The translations under genes were made by a program, and so were the position numbers. Below are positions 40,918 through 51,302 of a DNA stretch of 64,000 bases, in pieces (position 1 is the first letter of the stretch; every line of letters starts with the position of its first letter). Source of the stretch: SAR86 cluster bacterium AG-422-E19 (lineage in GTDB: Bacteria; Pseudomonadota; Gammaproteobacteria; Magnimaribacterales; AG-339-G14); assembly GCA_003213595.1 (NCBI GenBank), contig QCMR01000001.1:154015-218014 (forward strand). The letters run 5' to 3'. The notes under the pieces are model-generated. The model did not search any database. It had not been told where the DNA came from and worked only from the letters and a program-made list of their open reading frames with translations.

Positions 40918-41454
40918 TTAAGTTCTAAGTTGAATTTTCAACTTTTCTAGTTTGTTTTTTATCGACAAATCAATTACTTGATCGTCATATGAAATTTTTA
41001 GGCCGCCAATAAGGCTTTTGTCTATTTCTGTAACAACGCTTACTTCGGCTTTCATTCTTTTCTTTAAAGCTGCTTCTATTTGTTTCAGTTGTTCTTTGTC
41101 AATTCTGTAAGAAGAAGCAACAGTAATGTTTTTTAAATTTTTTTCCTTGGCAACAAGTTCCTTGAAGTTTTTGCTGATGTCAGTCAAAAGCCTCAATCTA
41201 TTTGCACTTCCTGCGACAAAAAGAAAATTTACAAATTTTTCTTGAACCTCGTCTTTGAACAAATCACAGAAAATATTTGTTTTTTCACTTTGTGAGATAC
41301 TTGGCGTCTCTACCAGTTGAGATATCTTTTGGTCTTCAAGAGCAAGTTCTATCATCGAAAAGTCTGCTGTCCACGCATCTAGAGTGTCATCTGCTAGGGC
41401 AACTTCAAAAGCTGCTTCAGCATAAGGTCTAGATTGTGTTCTTATTTCTGACAT
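40918..41454 (-). CDS. atpH: ATP synthase delta
   Basis: [12 protein letters not shown]; operon order. Confidence 0.94.
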   Translation of the reverse strand: MSEIRTQSRPYAEAAFEVALADDTLDAWTADFSMIELALEDQKISQLVETPSISQSEKTNIFCDLFKDEVQEKFVNFLFVAGSANRLRLLTDISKNFKELVAKEKNLKNITVASSYRIDKEQLKQIEAALKKRMKAEVSVVTEIDKSLIGGLKISYDDQVIDLSIKNKLEKLKIQLRT

Positions 41455-41924
41455 TAAATCTTTTTGATCAACGAATCTATGATGTCTTTGTTGGCTTTAG
41501 CGTTTATCTCTTTGTCTAAAATCTTCTGGGCGCCGGCAATAACAAGTGCAGCGACTTCGTCCCTTAAGCCATCTTTAGCCTTGTTAGCGCTTTGCTCAAT
41601 ATCTGCTTCTGCTGAGAGCTTAATTTTCTTTGCTTCTTCCGCGGCTTGTTCCTTTGCTTCATCGACAATTTGATCTGCTCTGGAGTTTGCTTGATTTATC
41701 AGGGAGGAGGCTTCCACCTTCGCTCCATCTAATATCGTTGCCGATTCCTTATTCGCTTCTTCAAGTTTTCTTTGAGATTGACTGGCAGCTTCGAGACCAT
41801 CAGAAATTTCTTTTCTTCTGTCCTCAAGAAGGTTTTCCATACTGGGCCAAATGTATCTATAAGTTATGAACACAAAGATACAAAAAGCTAAAAGCTCTGC
41901 AAAAAAAGTTGCGTTTATATTCAT
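41454..41924 (-). CDS. atpF: ATP synthase subunit b
   Basis: MNINAT, WP, coiled coil. Confidence 0.95.
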   Translation of the reverse strand: MNINATFFAELLAFCIFVFITYRYIWPSMENLLEDRRKEISDGLEAASQSQRKLEEANKESATILDGAKVEASSLINQANSRADQIVDEAKEQAAEEAKKIKLSAEADIEQSANKAKDGLRDEVAALVIAGAQKILDKEINAKANKDIIDSLIKKI

Positions 41925-41928
41925 GTTT

Positions 41929-42156
41929 TTACGTGAACAAGAATAGTAGCCCTACTGCCAAAGAAATAATTGGCAATGCGTCTGTAAGCCCAAGAGCAAT
42001 CAACACCTGCGCAAACAATTGTCCTTGAAGCTCAGGCTGTCTTGCCACAGCTTCAATATATTTTGAAGTTAGACTTCCGATACCTATCCCGGCACCTAAA
42101 GCACCAAGACCAGTAAGCAGTGCTCCTGCTATTAATCTACCTACTTCTACTTCCAT
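41929..42156 (-). CDS. atpE: ATP synthase subunit c (Asp carrier, H+-type)
   Basis: GAGIGIG, ARQP, LTDA. Confidence 0.95.
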   Translation of the reverse strand: MEVEVGRLIAGALLTGLGALGAGIGIGSLTSKYIEAVARQPELQGQLFAQVLIALGLTDALPIISLAVGLLFLFT

Positions 42157-42177
42157 ATTAGTCTCCTAATTTTTTAG

Positions 42178-43106
<929 letters not shown>

Positions 43107-43130
43107 GGCTTAGATGCAATTTATTTCTCA

Positions 43131-44051
43131 TTATTCTTTTTTAAACGGCTTGATGATTTGTTCAAGCTGATCAAGGTTCTTATAAGTAAAAGAAATTTTT
43201 CCGCTACCGTTCTTTTTGTGAGAAATTATTACTTGCGAATTAACGGCATCGCTAAGCGAATTCTCTAAGGCTACAATGTTTGGGTCTTTGGAAGAGCTTC
43301 TTGCTCTGCCGGTTTTTTTGTTTAAGTAAGAGCTTGCTAACTTTTCGGCTTGCCTTACAGAAAGACCAGAAGAGATTATTTTTTTTCCTATTTGCTCTTG
43401 ATAAGCTGGGGGTAAAGGCAACAAAGCTCTAGCATGTCCCATGGTTAACTGGCCATCGAAAAGCATCATTTGAATTGGTTTTGAAAGCTGCAAAAGCCTC
43501 AAAGAGTTTGCAATAGCCGATCTTGATTTTCCTAATGCCTCTCCCATGGATTGTTGAGTCAGTCCAAATTCTTTTTGTAACCTCAAAATTCCTTCAGCCT
43601 CTTCAAGCGGATTTAAATCTTCTCTTTGCAAGTTTTCTATCAGGCCTACAGTCAAAGCCGATTCCTCAGAGTCTTCTCTTATAAGAACAGGAACAGAATT
43701 CAAACCAGCTAGTTTTGACGCTCTCAGCCTTCTTTCTCCTGCAACCAGCTCATACCCCTTAGCAAGCTTTCTGACAATTAGGGGCTGAATTACGCCTTGA
43801 GTTTTTATTGAGTCGGAGAGCTCTTTAATGCTTTCTGGCGGGATGTTTTTTCTTGCTTGGAACCTGCTTGGTTTAATGCTACTAATTTCAGCTTGAGTAA
43901 TGCCAAGGCTGGGCTTGTTGGTTGTCTCTGATTTTTTGGTGGGCAAGGTTTCTTCAGAGCCGACAAAGGCGCCCATGCCTCTATTTTTTTTCTTTTCTTG
44001 CTCGGGCGACAAAAAAGCTGAAAGCCCTCTTTTCTTTTTTTCAGGCGACAT
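43131..44051 (-). CDS. parB: Chromosome partitioning protein ParB
   Basis: GVIQPLIVR, AGERRLRA, IENLQREDL, HTH, MGHARALL; ATG 44051 with GAGG RBS. Confidence 0.95.
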   Translation of the reverse strand: MSPEKKKRGLSAFLSPEQEKKKNRGMGAFVGSEETLPTKKSETTNKPSLGITQAEISSIKPSRFQARKNIPPESIKELSDSIKTQGVIQPLIVRKLAKGYELVAGERRLRASKLAGLNSVPVLIREDSEESALTVGLIENLQREDLNPLEEAEGILRLQKEFGLTQQSMGEALGKSRSAIANSLRLLQLSKPIQMMLFDGQLTMGHARALLPLPPAYQEQIGKKIISSGLSVRQAEKLASSYLNKKTGRARSSSKDPNIVALENSLSDAVNSQVIISHKKNGSGKISFTYKNLDQLEQIIKPFKKE

Positions 44052-44817
44052 CTTTATCCTCAAACTTCATTATTATTTCTCCAGCAAGCGCAAAATATGC
44101 CAATGTTCCTTTGGCGTCTGGGTCAATGTACATAATTGGTTTTCCTTCGGAAGGAGCCTCGGCAAGCAGGTCGCATCTAGGGATTATGGTGCTAAATACC
44201 TCTTGAGAAAGAGACTTTTCCAGCTTTTCAGATATTTCTCTGGCCCTTTCTTTTTCTTGATCAAACATGGTTCTTAAAATTCCATCAATCTTTAAGTTGC
44301 TGCCTGTGGCTTCATTTATCTCGATTATTGTCCTCTGCATTGCAGCCAAGCCCTCAATTGAAAAGTGCTCGCATTGCAATGGGATGATTATTTTGTCCGC
44401 CGCCCTCAAAGCGCTAACAGACAACATGCCTAGAGATGGCGGACAATCTATCAGGCAATAATCATATTTGTGTGCCAATGAGTTAAGTTTTCCTTTCAAA
44501 ATTGAAGTTGGATCTGGAGCCCTTGCCATTTCTAGCTCTGCAGATATCAGGTCTGGGCTGCCTGGAATTAGGTCAAAATTAAACTCAGGCTTTCTTCGAA
44601 TTAAGCTTTCTAAAGAAGCATCTTCAAGCAGCACATCGGTGATGGTGGTTTCTTCGTATGTCTTCTTTCCGCCGAGCCCAGTGGTTAAGTTGGCCTGTGA
44701 ATCTATGTCCAATAAAAGAATTTTTCTTCCTGCAGCTGCCAGGCTTGCAGCCAAATTTAAAGTTGTAGTGGTTTTTCCTACGCCCCCTTTTTGGTTTGCT
44801 ACAACAAGAATTTTCAC
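44041..44817 (-). CDS. parA: Chromosome partitioning ATPase ParA/Soj
   Basis: NQKGGVGKTT, IDCPPSLG, EAPS; between rsmG and parB. Confidence 0.94.
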   Translation of the reverse strand: MKILVVANQKGGVGKTTTTLNLAASLAAAGRKILLLDIDSQANLTTGLGGKKTYEETTITDVLLEDASLESLIRRKPEFNFDLIPGSPDLISAELEMARAPDPTSILKGKLNSLAHKYDYCLIDCPPSLGMLSVSALRAADKIIIPLQCEHFSIEGLAAMQRTIIEINEATGSNLKIDGILRTMFDQEKERAREISEKLEKSLSQEVFSTIIPRCDLLAEAPSEGKPIMYIDPDAKGTLAYFALAGEIIMKFEDKDVA

Positions 44818-44835
44818 AAGTTTACTATAGCAGTT

Positions 44836-45432
44836 TTAAGACATTTGAATTTCCAAGAAACCTCTTTTTTTTCCAAGAATTTTAGATGCTTCTGACTCTT
44901 TATAGACAATATCAAAGCCCTTGGCAGAAAGGGTTTTCTTCTCAGAAACCATTAAAATTATTTTGTTCTCCTTCGAGATTTTGTTTTCCAAGGTTTTTAA
45001 CAAGGCAGCCGGCTCTTTGAATGCCCTGCATACGATATTTATTTCGTTTATCTGTTTAATTTCCTCCACCCTCGCATTCTTTATCGAGACTGAATTCAGC
45101 CCCAGCTCGTTTTTTATATTTATTAAAAAGGAAGTTTTTTTTCTGTTTGAATCAACCAGGGTTAGGTCTCTATTGGGATCTATAATCCCCAGGCAAATTC
45201 CTGGAAAACCCGATCCCGTGCCCAGGTCTATTACCGATCCAGGCAAAAGATGTTTTTGCAAAACTGCGCAGTCCAAAAAATGCCCTACTAAATCCTTCTT
45301 TTTCAAATTTCTGGATACTAAATTTCGTGTTTTGTTCCATTTCAAAATTTGGTTTAAATACTTATCAGCCTGACTGACTTGAGTGTCAGTAAGATTTAGG
45401 CTTGATACAGCAACTAGCTCTTTAAGATCCAA
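44836..45432 (-). CDS. rsmG: 16S rRNA m7G527 methyltransferase
   Basis: [23 protein letters not shown]; start uncertain. Confidence 0.92.
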   Translation of the reverse strand: MDLKELVAVSSLNLTDTQVSQADKYLNQILKWNKTRNLVSRNLKKKDLVGHFLDCAVLQKHLLPGSVIDLGTGSGFPGICLGIIDPNRDLTLVDSNRKKTSFLINIKNELGLNSVSIKNARVEEIKQINEINIVCRAFKEPAALLKTLENKISKENKIILMVSEKKTLSAKGFDIVYKESEASKILGKKRGFLEIQMS

Positions 45433-47275
45433 TTTTTTCTTTAAGTGGGCTTTGTTCTTTTTTGATATGAACTAATAAAAGAGAAATGGCAGCAGGCGTT
45501 ATCCCGGGTATTCTCTGAGCATGAGCTATGGTTTTGGGCAAAACCTTTTCCAACTTTTGCTTTACCTCATTAGAAAGTCCTGTTATTTCAGAAAAAATAA
45601 TTTCTCTTGGAATTTTTGCGTTTTCGTATTTCTTTATTTTTTTTATTTCTTTGTTTTGTCTTTCAATATAACCAGCATATTTTTTTGTTGTCTCTATATC
45701 TAAGAGCACGCCTTTGTCTGGAAGCGGTCTTTTTATTAAGTTGTAAATATCCTCTAACTTTGCTTCCGGCCTTTTCAAAACAGAAAGAACAGGTTGTTTT
45801 GATTTGTTTTTTCCTCCAAATGCAGAAGGGTCAATTTTAATTTTTTCTAGTTCTTGTGTTTCTGCGTCTATTCTGGACATTTTCTTTTGAAAAATGTCCC
45901 ACCTGTCGTTACTTATAATTCCCAAAGCATGTGCATAAGGCGTCATTCTTTGATCGACGTTATCTTCCCTGAGAAGAAGCCTGTGCTCTGCTCTACTTGT
46001 AAACATCCTGTATGGTTCTTTTGTGCCAAGAGTTATTAGATCGTCTACCAAAACCCCTATGTAACTATTACCTCTAGATTCTATCCAAGGGTCTTTGCCG
46101 TCTAAACTCAGCGCAGCATTTATTCCGGCCACCAGCCCTTGGGCTGCTGCCTCTTCATAACCAGTAGTACCGTTTATTTGTCCAGCAAAGTAAAGATTTT
46201 CGATACTCTTTGTCTCCAAGGTTTGAGAAAGGTTTCTCGGATCGAAAAAATCATATTCAACCGCATACCCAAATTGGCTGATCTTGGCCTTTTCAAATCC
46301 CAAAATGCTTTTAACCATTTTTTCTTGAATATCTTTTGGCATGCTTGTTGATATGCCGTTTGGATAAACTTCATCAGACGTAAGGCCTTCGGGCTCTATA
46401 AATATTTGGTGTGATTCTTTGTCAGCAAATCTATGAATCTTATCTTCTATTGAAGGACAATATCTTGGCCCAACCCCATCAATTCTTCCTGAAAACATCG
46501 GAGATCTATCGAGTCCAGATCTTATAAAATCATGGGTTTTTTTGTTCGTACGTGTGATGAAGCAATTCATTTGTTTGGGATGCATATCAGACGAACCAAT
46601 GAAAGACATACATGGTCTTGGCGAATCTCCAGGTTGAACTTCTAATGCTGAAAAATCTATTGACGATGTGAGTATCCTGGGAGGGGTGCCTGTTTTTAAT
46701 CTTGCATCTCCCAGGTCTAAAGACCTCAAACAGTTTGCAAGTATTTTTGATGATTTTGATTTCTTTCTTCCTCCTTCTTCTTCCTCTTCTCCAGTGAACA
46801 ACTTTCCATTTAAAAATGTCCCTGCGGTTAAAATAATTTTTTTTGCGCTTATTATTTCTCCGTTTTTTAGCTTTACCCCAGTGGCCTTGCCATTTTTTAC
46901 TTCTATATCAACCACCTCATCAGATACAGATGTTAGTAAGTCCTCACTATCAATTAAAGACTTGACTGCATTACTATACAAAATCCTATCTGACTGGGAT
47001 CTGGTAGCCCTAACAGCTGGACCTTTAGAGGCATTCAAGACTTTGAAGTGAATACCTGCTTTGTCAGCACAAACTCCCATCAGCCCACCCATAGCATCTA
47101 TTTCTCGAACAAGATGGCTTTTACCTAAGCCCCCAATGGCAGGATTGCAAGACATCTGTCCTATTGTTGAAACGTCGTGAGTAACAAGCAAAACTTTCTT
47201 TTTAAATCTAGAGGCAGCATAGGCAGCTTCACACCCGGCATGTCCTCCTCCGATTACAATGATATCCACACTCAT
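45422..47275 (-). CDS. mnmG: tRNA modification enzyme MnmG (GidA)
   Basis: [38 protein letters not shown]. Confidence 0.97.
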   Translation of the reverse strand: MSVDIIVIGGGHAGCEAAYAASRFKKKVLLVTHDVSTIGQMSCNPAIGGLGKSHLVREIDAMGGLMGVCADKAGIHFKVLNASKGPAVRATRSQSDRILYSNAVKSLIDSEDLLTSVSDEVVDIEVKNGKATGVKLKNGEIISAKKIILTAGTFLNGKLFTGEEEEEGGRKKSKSSKILANCLRSLDLGDARLKTGTPPRILTSSIDFSALEVQPGDSPRPCMSFIGSSDMHPKQMNCFITRTNKKTHDFIRSGLDRSPMFSGRIDGVGPRYCPSIEDKIHRFADKESHQIFIEPEGLTSDEVYPNGISTSMPKDIQEKMVKSILGFEKAKISQFGYAVEYDFFDPRNLSQTLETKSIENLYFAGQINGTTGYEEAAAQGLVAGINAALSLDGKDPWIESRGNSYIGVLVDDLITLGTKEPYRMFTSRAEHRLLLREDNVDQRMTPYAHALGIISNDRWDIFQKKMSRIDAETQELEKIKIDPSAFGGKNKSKQPVLSVLKRPEAKLEDIYNLIKRPLPDKGVLLDIETTKKYAGYIERQNKEIKKIKKYENAKIPREIIFSEITGLSNEVKQKLEKVLPKTIAHAQRIPGITPAAISLLLVHIKKEQSPLKEKIGS

Positions 47276-47511
47276 AAATAAATATTATATTAATTATTTA
47301 TATTAATTAGTTTATATTGTTATTGTTATAGGGCAGCGGATATTCTGTTGATAACCTGCCTATGTAAGGAGTTGTAAGCATTGGAGCTAATGATATCTTC
47401 TTAAATAGTCTGTATATATTTTGAGAACAAAACTGTATTACTTGTGAGTAAAGATAAACTTAATAATTAGTTTCAAAACTTTTAACAATTTATACATTAT
47501 TATCAACAGCA
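47276..47511. other. Putative chromosomal replication origin (oriC)
   Basis: Largest intergenic gap in the window; AT-rich 47276-47330 with TTATATTAATTA repeats; DnaA-box-like TTATCAACA at 47346-47354 (-) and 47500-47508 (+); mnmG-adjacent. Confidence 0.75.
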
Positions 47512-48813
47512 TTATTTTCCAATGCAAAATTTATCAAATATCTTTCCTAGCATATCGTCAGAAGAGATTGGATCATATATCTCTCCTAAAAGCTCATCGC
47601 AGTTTCTTAAATTTTCAGCCACTAGTTCTAAATTAGAACTAACTAAGCTGGGGGAAATTAAAGCTATATTCTTGTATGCTTTTTTTATTAAATCTAAATG
47701 TCTAATATTTACTGACAGGAGCTCTTCTTGGTTAAGTTTCAAAAAATTATGAGCAAGGGCTTTTTTAAGTAACTTGAGGTTTTTTTTCGTTTTTGCAGAA
47801 ATTGCAAACCCTCCAGCAGGAGCCTTCTTATTAGTAAGATCAATCTTGTTTAATACAAAAATATTTTTTTTATTCTTTGTAATTGGCAATTTATCAAAAT
47901 CATTTTCTTTATCAGCTAAGTAAATCACTATGTCAGCGCTATTAAGCGCCCTTTTTGACAAATTGATGCCTTCATTTTCAATTTTATCTGAAGTTTTTCT
48001 AATTCCAGCAGTATCGTTGAAAACAAACCTGATTCCATCAATTAAGCAAGAAGAGGTAACCACATCTCTAGTAGTTCCTTGTTTTTCGCTAACAATAGAT
48101 ACTTTTTTGCCGATTATAGCGTTAATTAGTGTGGATTTCCCTGAATTTGGAGGTCCAATAACAACAACTTTTACATCGTTAGAAATTGAACTATATGCCT
48201 TCATGTCCTCATTAAATGAAGCGAAAAAATGTTTAAATTCATTAATTTTGCTTATAACTTCTTCGATATAAACATTTACATCTTCATCCGAGAAGTCAAT
48301 TAATGTTTCAACAAGAACCCGCGTCTCTCTCAGTTTGTCTTGTACCTCTGATATTTTTACTCTTAGCCCGCCTTCAAGGCTGTTCTGTGCTGCTTTCAAA
48401 GAAGCTTTTGAATTGGCATTTATAATCTCTTTTACAGCCTCAGACTGATCAAGCGAAAGTTTGTTATTTAAAAAAGCTCTTAAAGTAAATTCACCTGGAT
48501 TAGCTATTTTTGCCCCTGAATCCAAGCATTTCTTTATTACTTCTTCCACAATGTAAGGATTTCCGTGAGTTGAAATTTCTACAATATCTTCCCCCGTGTA
48601 AGAATTAGGAGCCTTAAAGATAGTAAGTACACACTTCTCAATTAAATCAGCATTTAAAGGAAACTTAACCACAGATAACTGTTTTTTAAGCTTATTTTTT
48701 GTGATTTTTTGAATAATAGATAAGGCCTTGTCGCCTGACATCCTTATTAAAGAAATGGCCCCTCTACCAGGCGGAGATGAACAAGCTACTATAGTGTCTT
48801 TTTCACTAAGCAC
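47512..48813 (-). CDS. mnmE: tRNA modification GTPase MnmE
   Basis: SYTGED, GPPNSGKS, GTTRD, DTAG, NKID, FCIGK. Confidence 0.96.
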   Translation of the reverse strand: MLSEKDTIVACSSPPGRGAISLIRMSGDKALSIIQKITKNKLKKQLSVVKFPLNADLIEKCVLTIFKAPNSYTGEDIVEISTHGNPYIVEEVIKKCLDSGAKIANPGEFTLRAFLNNKLSLDQSEAVKEIINANSKASLKAAQNSLEGGLRVKISEVQDKLRETRVLVETLIDFSDEDVNVYIEEVISKINEFKHFFASFNEDMKAYSSISNDVKVVVIGPPNSGKSTLINAIIGKKVSIVSEKQGTTRDVVTSSCLIDGIRFVFNDTAGIRKTSDKIENEGINLSKRALNSADIVIYLADKENDFDKLPITKNKKNIFVLNKIDLTNKKAPAGGFAISAKTKKNLKLLKKALAHNFLKLNQEELLSVNIRHLDLIKKAYKNIALISPSLVSSNLELVAENLRNCDELLGEIYDPISSDDMLGKIFDKFCIGK

Positions 48814-50446
48814 TTCTAGGAGAATGCATGAGCATTTGTATTGCAGACACCAGAGAGTTAATTAGCCAATACAAAACTAGGCCCGCAGGGAAGAAAGCAA
48901 ACATTACACCAAAAATTAGCGGCATGAACTTAAATATCCTGGCCTGCATTGGGTCTATCCCAGCAGGCTGGGGCTGAAGCATTTGCATAGCCCACATAGC
49001 CCCAATATTGAGAATAGGCAATATAAACAGGGGATCTCTTGATGATAAATCTGTGATCCAAATCAAAAAGGGAGCATATCTTAGTTCAACGGTTTCAATT
49101 AAAACCCAATAAAAAGCAAGAAAAAAGGGCATTTGAAGCAACATCGGCAGACATCCTAGAGCCGGATTAACTTTCTCATCCTTATAGAGCTTCATCATTG
49201 CTTGTGACATCGCCTGACGGTCCCCAGAATGTCTTTCCTGAAGATCTTTAAGTTGAGGCTGAATTTGCCTCATTTTACCCATAGATTTGTATGAAACGTA
49301 AGATAGCGGCCATAAGATCACTTTAATTAGCAAAGTAACTAAAACAATAGCCCATCCCCAATTTCCGACCACATCATAGAAGAATTGCATAGCCAGAAAC
49401 ATTGGCTGCCCTATCCAGTATAAAAACCCATAATCTACCGCCAAGGGGAGGTCTTGGTTCGCCTTGGATAACTCTGACTGAACTTTTGGACCAAAATACA
49501 GTGAATAACTAAAAGAAGTTTCTTCAAATGGCTGAATTTTTATTGGTCTTCCAACAACTCCAACCGAAAACTTCTCGTTTGTTTTGTTTTTTTTCCCAAC
49601 AAAAACATTTATGTTTTCTTGGTCAGGAATAATAGCAGTTAGGAAATAGTGTTCTAAAAAAGCAGTCCAACCTTTTATGGAACTTTCTTTAAAATCATTT
49701 TCTTCTAGTTCTCCCAGATTAACTTTTTGATAATTATCAGATTCAGTAGAAAAAACCGGACCAAGGTAAGCAAAGTTTGCAGGATCTCCAAAAAATGAGC
49801 CTTCAGTCCCGGGAGGCTTAAGAGAGTTTCTTTCTATTTTTGAATAAGACGAAGAATTTATAACTTCTGAAGATATGTTTCTAATGATGTGTTTAACTTC
49901 TATGAAATAATTTTCAGGTTGAAAAGATATAATCTTTGATTCTTTAACAGAAGCAGACTCTCTCACAAACGTGTAGCTATTTGTATCGGAACTCCTTTTT
50001 ATATCTTCAATCTTGAAGGTAGAAAAATCCTGGTTAACATTATTTCCAAATACGAACCCAGATAATTGCGAGTATTCATTTCTACCACAAGCATCAAACA
50101 TTAGTTTGTTGTTATTTGTGCCTATTTCGTCTGGATAATTTTTTAATTCAGCTTTTTTTAAAGAACCGTCCATTAAGTCGAAAGAAATTTTCCAATTGTT
50201 GGAATCTATTTCGTAGTCTCCGTCTGAAGCACAGGTTGTTGATACAGAGTTTGTAATCAGTTCTTCAGATTCATTTTTTATGCTTTCATCAATAAAGCCG
50301 AAGTCTTCTGTTGGTGAGTAAGTACTTACTTCGTTTTTAATCTTTTGTATTTCTGGTGTATCGGATGGTGGATCCCATCTTATAATTAAGAAATAGCTCA
50401 TAATGAACACACAAGCTATTAGAAAATATCTTTGAAAATTTTCCAT
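48806..50446 (-). CDS. yidC: Membrane protein insertase YidC
   Basis: DYG, GNWGWAI, NP..GCLP, WITDLS, GLVLYW. Confidence 0.96.
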   Translation of the reverse strand: MENFQRYFLIACVFIMSYFLIIRWDPPSDTPEIQKIKNEVSTYSPTEDFGFIDESIKNESEELITNSVSTTCASDGDYEIDSNNWKISFDLMDGSLKKAELKNYPDEIGTNNNKLMFDACGRNEYSQLSGFVFGNNVNQDFSTFKIEDIKRSSDTNSYTFVRESASVKESKIISFQPENYFIEVKHIIRNISSEVINSSSYSKIERNSLKPPGTEGSFFGDPANFAYLGPVFSTESDNYQKVNLGELEENDFKESSIKGWTAFLEHYFLTAIIPDQENINVFVGKKNKTNEKFSVGVVGRPIKIQPFEETSFSYSLYFGPKVQSELSKANQDLPLAVDYGFLYWIGQPMFLAMQFFYDVVGNWGWAIVLVTLLIKVILWPLSYVSYKSMGKMRQIQPQLKDLQERHSGDRQAMSQAMMKLYKDEKVNPALGCLPMLLQMPFFLAFYWVLIETVELRYAPFLIWITDLSSRDPLFILPILNIGAMWAMQMLQPQPAGIDPMQARIFKFMPLIFGVMFAFFPAGLVLYWLINSLVSAIQMLMHSPRSA

Positions 50447-50667
50447 TACTCTTCTTTTCCAGGAACCGGATCATATCCTTTGGACCCCAAAGGATGACAC
50501 TTAGAAATCCTTTTAAATCCTAGACTTAACCCTTTTAAAACACCATGAAGATTTATTGCCTCTATCATGTATTGACTGCATGTCGGCTGAAATCTGCAAT
50601 TTGAACCTAACAAGGGGCTTAATGTAATTTGATAAAATTTAATTAAATATATAATTATTCTTTTCAT
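50446..50667 (-). CDS. yidD: Membrane protein insertion efficiency factor YidD
   Basis: [19 protein letters not shown]. Confidence 0.95.
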   Translation of the reverse strand: MKRIIIYLIKFYQITLSPLLGSNCRFQPTCSQYMIEAINLHGVLKGLSLGFKRISKCHPLGSKGYDPVPGKEE

Positions 50668-50995
50668 TCAATTTCTTAGTTAAATTCAAAAACAGAGTTT
50701 TTATTTCTCTCCTTAATTTTTCTTTTTTAAAACCTAAAATTCTTTTTTTTGAAACCACAACCAATGATACTTTAGATTCCGCAAAGATATCGATAGACAA
50801 ATTTCTAATAATTCTCTTTAAATAATTTCTGTGAACCGCAAGTTTAATATTTTTTTTAGGAAGAATCATGCCCAGCCTAAAATTGTCGTTTGTAATTAAT
50901 ATCAAAGCTCTAAAATTTTCTGAACTAACATTTTGGCTGGAATTATTGAAGACTTCGTCGAAGTCATCCTTTCCTACTAAGGGCTTATAAGACAA
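50639..50995 (-). CDS. rnpA: Ribonuclease P protein component
   Basis: RLG...[11 protein letters not shown]; synteny. Confidence 0.88.
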   Translation of the reverse strand: MSYKPLVGKDDFDEVFNNSSQNVSSENFRALILITNDNFRLGMILPKKNIKLAVHRNYLKRIIRNLSIDIFAESKVSLVVVSKKRILGFKKEKLRREIKTLFLNLTKKLNEKNNYIFN

Positions 50996-50996
50996 C

Positions 50997-51131
50997 TTAA
51001 ACTGTAAGAGACTTTCTTCCCTTACTTCTTCTGCTTTTTAAAACCTGTTTTCCTGAAACGCTAGAATTTCTCGCCCTGAAACCATGAGTTCTTTTTCTTT
51101 TTATCTTGCTGGGTTGATACGTTCTTTTCAT
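50997..51131 (-). CDS. rpmH: 50S ribosomal protein L34 (not in ORF track)
   Basis: Hand translation [44 protein letters not shown]. Confidence 0.96.
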   Translation of the reverse strand: MKRTYQPSKIKRKRTHGFRARNSSVSGKQVLKSRRSKGRKSLTV

Positions 51132-51230
51132 TTTTTAAGATTTGATTGAGCAAAAGAATAATATAGATTGAAACGATAAAAGCAAGAAAAAATAGATAGA
51201 AAAAAATAAAAAAAATTAAGAACTAACAGG

Positions 51231-51279
51231 TTATCCACAGAAAATTAATAGCATATCCTGTGGATAACTTTGTGTATAA
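51231..51279. promoter_or_regulatory. Cluster of three consensus DnaA boxes upstream of dnaA
   Basis: TTATCCACA 51231-51239, TGTGGATAA 51259-51267, TGTGTATAA 51271-51279. Confidence 0.88.
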
Positions 51280-51302
51280 GGTATATTATCTTTTTATCTG
51301 TC

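Noticed and set aside
51270..51302. Extended DnaA N-terminus from TTG 51270
   Set aside because: Overlaps a DnaA box and promoter-like sequence; ATG 51303/51306 fits typical DnaA length.
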